Part shown: positions 53,310-61,036 of the stretch, one piece after another | Layout: the number at the start of each line of letters is the position of its first letter | How positions within the stretch are numbered: position 1 is the first letter of the stretch | Virus record (IMG/VR): IMGVR_UViG_3300013383_000001 | Span: 102,365-166,364 of that record | DNA length: 64,000 bases | Source: a virus | Lineage: Duplodnaviria; Caudoviricetes | Reading direction: 5' to 3' (one strand) | Position numbers and translations under genes: made by a program | The notes under the pieces: generated by a model | What the model saw: the letters and a program-made list of their open reading frames with translations, nothing else | What the model was told of the DNA's origin: nothing | Database searches by the model: none

Positions 53310-53707
53310 TATAACATTTGTGTTGCTTGTACAGCTAATTTATCAACATATTCATTCCATTCATTTCCTTGATGCCCATGAATATGTTTAAACATAATCA
53401 TCTGTCGTTTTCCTAACTCTTTATATATTTCTTCCCATAATCTCTTATTCTTTTTAATCTTCCAATTATTATTGATAGTACCAACAACATATTTGGAATC
53501 AGAATAAAGAGTTATGGAATCATATTTCTGTTTTATCAATCTAAGTGCAACAAGTACTGCACCTAATTCCATTTGATTATTAGTGCAGTGATCATAATAT
53601 TTATTATATTCAAATATCTTCTCACCATCCAATAAAAAGACGATGCCTATCCCACCTCTATCTTTAAGAGGAGAATAAGCACCGTCAGTATAGATTTCTA
53701 ACTTCAT
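53309..53707 (-). CDS. rnhA: Ribonuclease HI
   Basis: IYTDGA, TNNQMEL, YSDSKY, HIHGHQGNEWNEYVDKLA. Confidence 0.93.
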   Translation of the reverse strand: MKLEIYTDGAYSPLKDRGGIGIVFLLDGEKIFEYNKYYDHCTNNQMELGAVLVALRLIKQKYDSITLYSDSKYVVGTINNNWKIKKNKRLWEEIYKELGKRQMIMFKHIHGHQGNEWNEYVDKLAVQATQML

Positions 53708-53852
53708 TCAATTAAAACTACTTGTCCTTTTTGAGTATTCTCATATTTATATCTAAGAGCATCTGGTATATCATCAAACTTTATAGGTATACCATCTTTA
53801 CCTGTGCACACAACAGGTTCATTAAATGTGTCAATAACAATATAATACATAG

Positions 53853-53904
53853 TTGAGGTGCGGAGAGTCGAACTCCGATATAAAGTATACCGTACTTCAC
53901 CTCA
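53853..53904 (-). ncRNA. 52-nt tRNA-like element (acceptor + one small arm + T arm, no anticodon arm)
   Basis: UGAGGUG/CACCUCA acceptor, AAGUA-CGGUA-UACUU arm, CGGAG-UUCGACU-CUCCG T arm, then A-CUA. Confidence 0.7.
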
Positions 53905-53915
53905 TCCGTTTTAAA

Positions 53916-54113
53916 TTAATAATCTTCTATAACTGTCACCAATGGATGTCTGAATATCTCATTAATATGAGCAGCAACTTTCATTGCATCTCCAATTCTT
54001 TCATATTTCTTAGCTTTATCCAAGTAAGGAACTAAAAGAATTTCTCCATCGTCTGCTTTCTGAACAAAACAACGAGGACTAACTTGCAAGATATAATGTT
54101 TACTGTCGTCCAT
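53916..54113 (-). CDS. Hypothetical protein
   Basis: Operon-packed ORF. Confidence 0.55.
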   Translation of the reverse strand: MDDSKHYILQVSPRCFVQKADDGEILLVPYLDKAKKYERIGDAMKVAAHINEIFRHPLVTVIEDY

Positions 54114-54264
54114 CTATCGGAATTGTATCATTAACAGAATCATCTGTTGAATCTACATTAGAATCTACAGTTTCAATTACAGTATCAGTATCCTGAACTG
54201 TCTTAGTAGTTTTGTTGCAAGCTGCAAATGCCAACAACGCAAGAGAAAGAATAAAAATTTTCAT
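54100..54264 (-). CDS. Small lipoprotein (not in ORF track)
   Basis: MKIFILSLALLAFAAC lipobox followed by a D/T/V-rich tail. Confidence 0.65.
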   Translation of the reverse strand: MKIFILSLALLAFAACNKTTKTVQDTDTVIETVDSNVDSTDDSVNDTIPIDGRQ

Positions 54265-54522
54265 AATAATATTATTTATTTGTTTTATATATATTGATCT
54301 AATATTCTTAACTATCTAAGACTGCTAATTTATCTATTTATAAATACTAGCGCAAAATCCAAGGAGAGCTTATGATTATCATAGTTATCATAGTTACTCC
54401 AGTTATAAAACAAATTGCCATTAGAGAAAGTTCAAACCACAGTTTATTTTTAACAAAGTATGATACCTTGTAAGTTCCTATAACAATAAGAAGTATTGCT
54501 GCTAGTATTAATAGTCCTATAC

Positions 54523-55173
54523 TCATTTCTTTAGAACAGGTTTAATCATTTTTGAAGTATAAAGCATTTTATATTCTTTGAGTGCATTCTGTCCTGCTTC
54601 TGAAGAAATCCATTTACACGAATTAGGTTCAGGGCAGATACCACCTCTAAAGATACATTGAGGAACAAGATGCTTCCCAAGTGCGGGATCAACCTTATTT
54701 ATCTCAAATAAAATTGCTTGCATTACCTGAATAGTTTCCATAGATGCTTTATTACATAATCTCTTATGTGCCATATTCATTAGTGCTTCTGCATTAATTA
54801 TAAAGGCAAGATTAGTAGGAGCATACCTATCAAACTCTTTAGGAAGATCTTTTATAGATTCTTTAGTATCTTCTATAGTATCTTCTGTAAGATTATTTGC
54901 AAGGTCTGTACATTTCTGTTTAAAGTCTGATCCACCCCTATCTACTCGTCTAGAAAGTTGGTAGAATTGCACTCCAACATGACTTCTTACAAGTTGTGAA
55001 GCCACAAAGAGAGGAATACCATATAGTTCAACCCAAAAGAGTTGAGTACGAATAGGTGAATGACCATATTTATAAGCAGTAGCAAGCTGCATTACACTAC
55101 CACTATTAGTTGTAAAACGATTAGCTTCACGAAGAAGATTTACACCAGTGAGTTTTTCTACTTGTATATCCAT
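54523..55173 (-). CDS. thyX: Flavin-dependent thymidylate synthase (ThyX), divergent motif
   Basis: GHSPIR, VASQLVRSH...QLSRR, HKRLC, CIFRGGICPE. Confidence 0.8.
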   Translation of the reverse strand: MDIQVEKLTGVNLLREANRFTTNSGSVMQLATAYKYGHSPIRTQLFWVELYGIPLFVASQLVRSHVGVQFYQLSRRVDRGGSDFKQKCTDLANNLTEDTIEDTKESIKDLPKEFDRYAPTNLAFIINAEALMNMAHKRLCNKASMETIQVMQAILFEINKVDPALGKHLVPQCIFRGGICPEPNSCKWISSEAGQNALKEYKMLYTSKMIKPVLKK

Positions 55174-55175
55174 TA

Positions 55176-55712
55176 TTACATTCTTTCTAAAGTTGCACAA
55201 TCTTTAAGAGTTACTTCTACATTATCTACTGCATATATAGATGCTTGATCTGATGCAAGTATCTTAGCATCTTCTTTCTCACAGTATACAGTTGTATTAC
55301 CATCTGCATAAAACCAAGGAATACAATCATCATCCTCATATATTACAACATAATCAAACGCTGCTCTATCATTAGACCGAGCATTTTCATAAATGTTATA
55401 AGTTGCAAGAACATCTTTATATTCACTCATTAGAGCAGGTGTTATGATATTATCACGACACGCTATGTAGAAGTTATCTTTAATTAGTTGAATTATATTA
55501 TCTAAAGAATCATATTCATTAACATGATTTTTAAATAATTTATTCAAACTAAGTCTTGTTCTTAGTATACACTTTAAATCATTAGCAACCTTTGTTTTTC
55601 TTTCTAATTCTTTTATAGTGTATGCTTCTAAAGCAAGATCTTTTAATGTTTGATTATCTCCATAATACCAATCAATTGCTTGTTCAATCGGTATAAAAAC
55701 GTTTCCATTCAT
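55176..55712 (-). CDS. Hypothetical protein
   Basis: N-terminus resembles that of 57479..57997. Confidence 0.6.
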   Translation of the reverse strand: MNGNVFIPIEQAIDWYYGDNQTLKDLALEAYTIKELERKTKVANDLKCILRTRLSLNKLFKNHVNEYDSLDNIIQLIKDNFYIACRDNIITPALMSEYKDVLATYNIYENARSNDRAAFDYVVIYEDDDCIPWFYADGNTTVYCEKEDAKILASDQASIYAVDNVEVTLKDCATLERM

Positions 55713-55902
55713 TTTCTATATATTTAATTACAGCACCATGTGACTTGAGTTTATGAAATTTATCATCATTCAGATGAACATCAAGTAATGATTCTGCGGT
55801 TATTAGAATGTCTAATTGAGAGATACTATCCAAATCACAAAACTCATCATGAATCTCAAGATCGTCTAGTATCTCATTATATTTATTTGATACATAACTC
55901 AT
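55684..55902 (-). CDS. Acyl carrier protein-like (second copy)
   Basis: DLDSISQLDILITAESLLDVHLNDD...GAVIKYIE. Confidence 0.7.
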   Translation of the reverse strand: MSYVSNKYNEILDDLEIHDEFCDLDSISQLDILITAESLLDVHLNDDKFHKLKSHGAVIKYIENEWKRFYTD

Positions 55903-56360
55903 GCAAAATCCTCATCTACAGTAAATCTGAGGTTATCAATATAGAACTCGTTGTATCTATCTACATCAATTCCAAACTTTGTCTTATATTCACATACCTT
56001 TTCAGGACTTCTCATCTGACCATGATAAGGATCTTTGGATTGTCCATAATATTCTGCACAATCCAATCCATCAAACCAAATTTCCTCGTTCCAAAATTGG
56101 TCAAATGTATATTTCTCACCATACTCATCATAGATGTCTCCTGATTTAAGCCATTCGATGAGTGATTCTTTAGTCGGTTTGAAGTATCTGAAATCATGTG
56201 CATCCCAACAGAATTTCCAACCACAGCTTCGTTTGCCTATATGGATTGTTTCAGGAATGTTTTCAACAAGTGCATCCCAGTTCTCTTTTTCGACAAGCTG
56301 TTTGAGCTTCTCTTTTTCTTCTTTATTTATTCTCTTTCTGAGATCAAAGTTTGTCCCCAT
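55899..56360 (-). CDS. Hypothetical phage protein
   Basis: MGTNF...HIGKRSCGWKF...IYDEYG. Confidence 0.7.
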   Translation of the reverse strand: MGTNFDLRKRINKEEKEKLKQLVEKENWDALVENIPETIHIGKRSCGWKFCWDAHDFRYFKPTKESLIEWLKSGDIYDEYGEKYTFDQFWNEEIWFDGLDCAEYYGQSKDPYHGQMRSPEKVCEYKTKFGIDVDRYNEFYIDNLRFTVDEDFA

Positions 56361-56373
56361 AATTTATAGCTTT

Positions 56374-56787
56374 TTAATCCCACCAACTTCTCATGTACTG
56401 TTCACGAATCTTATGATACAAATGCCAGACTTTCTGTTCATACAGATAATATCTGAGAACATCTGGAGCTCCATTCCATTCTTGAATACCAAATCGTTTC
56501 CTATTTTTAATGTTTATATATCTAAGGCCAATTCGGTGACGGTCGGGTTCAAGTGTTCTATCAGTGATTATATCGAGCAATCTTAATGCCAAATCAATCT
56601 TTCTAATAAGATCTTCATTACTTATAGTTTTCTTCAAACAATGTTGTAGAGTGAGTAATTGATGTCTTTCGACTTCAATTACATCTATCCAATCGAATCC
56701 GCAGAGTCTTTTACAGACTTTCCAATATCCGAACCATTGTTTGATTCGCCATTTCCAACAATGGAGATTATTTAGAAAATTATTCAT
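56374..56787 (-). CDS. Hypothetical protein (paralog of 45506..45892)
   Basis: Ends MRSWWD. Confidence 0.65.
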   Translation of the reverse strand: MNNFLNNLHCWKWRIKQWFGYWKVCKRLCGFDWIDVIEVERHQLLTLQHCLKKTISNEDLIRKIDLALRLLDIITDRTLEPDRHRIGLRYINIKNRKRFGIQEWNGAPDVLRYYLYEQKVWHLYHKIREQYMRSWWD

Positions 56788-57010
56788 CTTTAAGTAGATT
56801 ACAATAACCCATAATTCCTCCTGCTAAATACATTCCCATTGCCATTATAATTGGAGTAGGATTATGTCCTGTATATGTGAACCAACTACATGTAATAGCA
56901 GCAAATGCTAAACCAAGTATAATATTAAAGGCAAGTACTTGTTTGTTAGGATATTTAACAAACAAACTCTTTTTAATAATTAATATTTCCCACACGATTA
57001 CATTAACCAT
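56780..57010 (-). CDS. Membrane protein
   Basis: Two TM helices. Confidence 0.55.
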   Translation of the reverse strand: MVNVIVWEILIIKKSLFVKYPNKQVLAFNIILGLAFAAITCSWFTYTGHNPTPIIMAMGMYLAGGIMGYCNLLKDE

Positions 57011-57098
57011 TAAAAAGAGTTGTAAGAAGGATTATGTGTTATAAATGTTATTACTATTACAATAAGTAGTAATATATAATACGCTAATAGTTTCCCTT

Positions 57099-57482
57099 TC
57101 ATATCTTATGTACTACATATAGTATTTTTAGATTACTATATATAATATAGATTTCATTTCTTTGATAAGTAGTTCTATACACGAATCGAATAATTCCATG
57201 TACATTCTCTTCATCGACAAAATTATATGCTCTTACATAATCACCATCCTCATCATACCCTTCACCTTCGGAGGATAAAAGATGATAGATTTGTGGATTC
57301 TTAGTATTTATAAATACATTCTGATCATTACTATCATAGAGTATACCAATACCCACTTGTTGCCAATTACTCCATCCTTTTCCTTCATCATACGAGAAAT
57401 AATCAGCTTGATAATATACTCTACCTGCGAATGCAGTTACACTTGTTATAAGTATTACTGCTATTAGAAATATCTTTTTCAT
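57099..57482 (-). CDS. Exported hypothetical protein
   Basis: Signal peptide MKKIFLIAVILITSVTAFA. Confidence 0.7.
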   Translation of the reverse strand: MKKIFLIAVILITSVTAFAGRVYYQADYFSYDEGKGWSNWQQVGIGILYDSNDQNVFINTKNPQIYHLLSSEGEGYDEDGDYVRAYNFVDEENVHGIIRFVYRTTYQRNEIYIIYSNLKILYVVHKI

Positions 57483-57997
57483 AACCATTTACATATTGAT
57501 GATTTAAAGTGAGTAAGAAAATGTTGTGCTACATCTTTATTATAGAATATAAGTCCATTAGTAGTTCTAAACTGTGGATTATTATTTTCTATAATCTTAG
57601 CAAATATATCGTCATGTACATATTGCCATCCTTCATGGCATATAGCATCTATTTCCTTTGGATCAGGATCATATCCTGTACCATAGAACTGTATTTCATA
57701 CGCTGTATAATAATCCTCATTATTATCAGATGTTGGACTAAGTTCATTAAGAACTGCATTTATAGCAGAAATCTCTATAAACTTAGCCATAGTTGTTCCA
57801 ATGTAATCATCTTTAAGATTGAAAGTATTGGAAGTATTTTTAAAGATATAATCATATACATCTTTTACTGTTTTTATATCTTTATACGATGGTTTCTCCA
57901 CTTCTTCTTTGGTAAAATGTTGGAGAATGATTTCATTTACTTCAGGATTACCCTTAGCGTAAAGTTGCTTTGCTAAATCTAATGCTTCTGTTACCAT
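57479..57997 (-). CDS. Hypothetical protein
   Basis: 172-aa ORF. Confidence 0.6.
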   Translation of the reverse strand: MVTEALDLAKQLYAKGNPEVNEIILQHFTKEEVEKPSYKDIKTVKDVYDYIFKNTSNTFNLKDDYIGTTMAKFIEISAINAVLNELSPTSDNNEDYYTAYEIQFYGTGYDPDPKEIDAICHEGWQYVHDDIFAKIIENNNPQFRTTNGLIFYNKDVAQHFLTHFKSSICKWL

Positions 57998-58161
57998 GAA
58001 TAATTAATTAAATAATAAACTACTGAGCAGATGCCTATTATGTCTATTACAAGCATAATAAGTCCTACAATATTCTTCTTGTCGAAATATCTAAATATAT
58101 AATATAAAGATATTGCAAAACAAATTAATGAGAGTATTGAAATTGTTACAAACATACTAAT

Positions 58162-58202
58162 TAAAAAATAAAGGAGAGATCTCTGATTAGAAACCTCTCC
58201 TT
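58162..58202 (-). terminator. Intrinsic terminator after the tRNA cluster
   Basis: AAGGAGAG/CTCTCCTT stem plus T-tract. Confidence 0.75.
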
Positions 58203-58423
58203 GAATATAAAATGTTTAACCCTAATTGTCAAAAGAACAGAGAACGCAAATATTCTAGTACTTGCGTTCTCCGATTTCCTTCCCTCAACTGAGGAATGAA
58301 CTATTTTTAATAGATTTATAAGGCATCTATTAAGCCTTGCTAATATAATTTCTTATTAGCCTAAGACTACGGGTAGGAAATGCGAGACTCGAACTCGCAC
58401 GATCACAATGATCAAGGGATTTT

Positions 58424-59168
58424 CTTACAAAACAATTTGTTTTGCTTGGACTATGTCTTAACCATATAGTCAAACTACTTAGGTTGTGGGTATATAGTCT
58501 CTACACATTTATAATGATAAAATCATTAACTTAGCTCGGCGTTCTTGCAATTTATACGGTTTGCACATTCACCGAATTAGCCCACTTCTACATCAGAAGT
58601 TTCCTTCTGTGCACTCATTGCCTTACCTCTATAGTTGTCAGTAAAAGCATGACAATTAGGACAGAGTATTTGTAAATTCTCTATTCTTAAATCATCTTTT
58701 ACACCATTTATATGATGTAGTTCAAGAGCTATAGGTTTACCTAGCCACTCTGTTCTACCACAACATTCACACTTCCTTTCTTTAATCCCTTCATTAAGGA
58801 GCCTATGTCGAAGATGATTTGTTGTTACATAAGTAGAATGTTCAACTAATATTTCTTCTATAGGTTGTTTAGGCTTTATTTGCCTATATCTATCTCCTTG
58901 ATTCCAGGCTTTTCCAGTCATGTGCGAGGTATCTAATTTTAATTCTTTTATCTTTCGTTTAACAGTATCATAATTACTTCCTGCCACTTTTAATCCTATC
59001 TTTCGCAGAACTTCAGCATAAGACATACTTATCTTAACTGCATCTACAAATTGATCATCAGTCCATTTTCTTTTACTCATAATGTGTAATTTATTAATAC
59101 ACAAAATTAATAAAAAGAAATTGTGTTTACCAATTAAACAAAAAGTTAAATGAATTAAAACTTTCTCA
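58424..59168 (-). mobile_element. Group I intron (trnL-UAA / IC3-like, 745 nt) with an HNH ORF in L1
   Basis: IGS GAGU pairs with exon ACUU (U.G). Core AAUUCGGUGAA, CGCCGAGC, UGUAGAGACUA, ACAUAGUCC. Terminal G. Confidence 0.88.
58577..59080 (-). CDS. Intron-encoded HNH homing endonuclease (167 aa)
   Basis: CECCG...LELHHINGVKDDLRIENLQILCPNCH. Start moved to MSKRKW. The 3' end overlaps the ribozyme core. Confidence 0.9.
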   Translation of the reverse strand: MSKRKWTDDQFVDAVKISMSYAEVLRKIGLKVAGSNYDTVKRKIKELKLDTSHMTGKAWNQGDRYRQIKPKQPIEEILVEHSTYVTTNHLRHRLLNEGIKERKCECCGRTEWLGKPIALELHHINGVKDDLRIENLQILCPNCHAFTDNYRGKAMSAQKETSDVEVG

Positions 59169-59212
59169 AAGTCCCTCGTGTCTACCAATTCCACCAATTT
59201 CCCGTAATTTAG

Positions 59213-59273
59213 GAGGTTAGGATGGACTCAAACCATCATCCATAGTGTTTTACCATTTTAAACTACTAACCTC
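59213..59273 (-). ncRNA. 61-nt tRNA-like element lacking the anticodon arm, with a His-like G-1:C73 pair
   Basis: G-AGGUUAG/CUAACCU-C acceptor, D arm GUUU-AAAAUGGUA-AAAC, 9-nt linker, GAUGG-UUUGAGU-CCAUC T arm, then CUA. Confidence 0.7.
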
Positions 59274-59294
59274 ATTACCGACATCATATAAATG

Positions 59295-59460
59295 ATGTTC
59301 TTGCCTTTGCAACATTTAAGATTGCTAAGTTAATACACTCCTAGTGATTCTATTTAGCTAAATCTTGTCTTACTCACTAGGTATTACACTCACTAACTAT
59401 AATATGGCCAATCAAGTTAGCATATTTGCGCAAGTAGGGTTCTCAGAACTATCAAGAACA
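59295..59460 (-). ncRNA. Candidate ~165-nt structured RNA with an H-type pseudoknot
   Basis: Closing UGUUCUUG/CAAGAACA. Pseudoknot AAUAUG/CAUAUU with CUAACU/AGUUAG. Further stems CUAGUGA/UCACUAG and UAAUAC/GUAUUA. Confidence 0.45.
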
Positions 59461-59469
59461 ATACGTGTA

Positions 59470-60195
59470 TTATATTTTTGAAATAAATTCTTTCAATTCT
59501 TTTGATTTTGTAGGTAAATCATATATTTTTAACCATTTTCTTATACAATTATCACTAACATTAAAATATTTACCTACTTTAACTATTGAATTTAATTCTT
59601 TGATTTTATTAAGTATTTCTTCTTTGTCAGGTCTTTCAACTTTTCTTTTTATTTTTGATGCACAAGTAGGACAATATTTAGATTCTTTTGTTTTCTTTTC
59701 TACACCACACAATTCACAATAATATTTTTGTGGAGTATTAGCTGAACCACAATAATTGTCAGTTTGACTATGACAATTTGGACATAATATCTAAAGATTG
59801 TCTAACCTATTATCAGTATTATCACCATTTATATGATGTAATTGACATACTAAAAGATTATCTAGCCAATATCCTCCTTTACAGGGGCATTTAGGATTCT
59901 CACATTCATTTTTCTTAATACCTTCTTTAAAGAGCTTCTCTTTTAATTTACTTGATTTTATAGGCTTATTTGTGCCTAAATACTCCTTTGCTGGAATATA
60001 ATTCTCAATCCCTCTTTTTTGTTTAGCTCCATAAGTAAAATGAGAGTAATCTATATTATATTCTTCCAATTTCTTTCTAAGAGTTGCAGAATTATTGCCT
60101 GCTCTTGGGATATTTAATTTATCTAATACCTATGTTAAAGAATCACATTCTTTAATTACAGATTCAATATTTTCTTTTGACCAATTATATTTCAT
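59470..60195 (-). CDS. Free-standing HNH endonuclease (241 aa) with C-terminal Zn finger and HTH, 2 in-frame TAGs
   Basis: Track ORFs 59791..60069 and 59470..59712 join. QLHHINGDNTDNRLDNL[TAG]ILCPNCH. Confidence 0.88.
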
Positions 60196-60210
60196 TTTTA
60201 TTTATATTAG

Positions 60211-60282
60211 CAGGGAATAAAGGAATCAAACCTTTTCCTCTTAATCCAAAGTTAAGTGTGACTATCATTACACCAATTCCCT
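60211..60282 (-). tRNA. tRNA-Gln(UUG), non-canonical T loop UUUGAUU
   Basis: AGGGAAU/AUUCCCU acceptor with G73, CUUAA-CUUUGGA-UUAAG anticodon arm. Confidence 0.8.
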
Positions 60283-60580
60283 GAATATTCAGGGAATACT
60301 ATTCTCACGAACCATACTCCCTTTCTTCATCACCATTCCAATGACAAAATTACCACGACAAATTCAATTCACAAATTAGATTAACTATTTTTTAGTAATC
60401 TTAAAAAGTATTTTTCCTATTCCTGCGAACAGAAGATTGATTACACTACCTGTAAGGAACAGTAGTGCGAGTACTAATATTGCTCCCATATTCTCCAATT
60501 AGAATTACCAAATACGAATTTATATTCATTAGCTTCTTTATAAGTATTGAATCTCTTTATAAAGAAACCATAACTATCTC

Positions 60581-60859
60581 TTACTGTATACATCCTTTTA
60601 TCTGTGCTTGTACATCTTTAGGAAGATATTTCTTATATTCTTTCCCTGATTTAGATATTCTCTTTATATAAAGAGAACCATTCTTTGAGATCCATACAGG
60701 ATATGTTTTACCATCTTTATCTGTGTAGAAATACGGAGTTAATACATCAGACTTAGAGGTTTTCTCAGTTTTAAAAGTATTTCCATTACGGATTACTTTC
60801 TCTGCAAATGTAGGTACACTTAATATAAGTGCAACTATTAGAGTGATTATATATTTCAT
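60581..60859 (-). CDS. Exported hypothetical protein
   Basis: Signal peptide MKYIITLIVALILSVPTFA. Start moved past the terminator. Confidence 0.7.
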   Translation of the reverse strand: MKYIITLIVALILSVPTFAEKVIRNGNTFKTEKTSKSDVLTPYFYTDKDGKTYPVWISKNGSLYIKRISKSGKEYKKYLPKDVQAQIKGCIQ

Positions 60860-60873
60860 ATTTTTAATTGATT

Positions 60874-60910
60874 TAAAAATAAAAAGTGCTGAGAGAAACT
60901 CCCAGCACTT
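60874..60910 (-). terminator. Intrinsic terminator ending the ncRNA array transcript
   Basis: AAGTGCTGGGAG/CTCTCAGCACTT stem plus T-tract. Confidence 0.75.
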
Positions 60911-61036
60911 ACCAATCACTACCCGATTGGCTAGGCTTGCTCATGTTTTAGATGATGGGCTCCCATCATGAAGCGTTGTTATAAAGCCTATAACGGCACC
61001 TCATTAAAACGGTAGCATGCTTACCTAGAGAGTTAT

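Larger units (their letters stand above)
58374..59203 (-). tRNA. trnL: tRNA-Leu(UAA) split by a group I intron (exons 59203-59169 and 58423-58374)
   Basis: Spliced: GGGAAAU/AUUUCCU acceptor, AGGGA-CUU|AAAA-UCCCU anticodon arm, long variable arm, GCGAG-UUCGAGU-CUCGC T arm, A73. Confidence 0.9.

Noticed and set aside
58205-58373. Theta (HDV-like) ribozyme after tRNA-Leu
   Set aside because: I could not identify the nested P1/P1.1/P2/P3 double pseudoknot or the catalytic C context by eye.
58577-59197. 206-aa HNH ORF as given in the track
   Set aside because: The extension runs through the tRNA-Leu 5' exon. ATG 59080 matches the start of the paralog.
59213-59460. tmRNA (pseudoknot plus anticodon-less tRNA domain)
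   Set aside because: The tRNA-like domain is contiguous and unpermuted, has no G3.U70 Ala identity, and no tag reading frame is evident.
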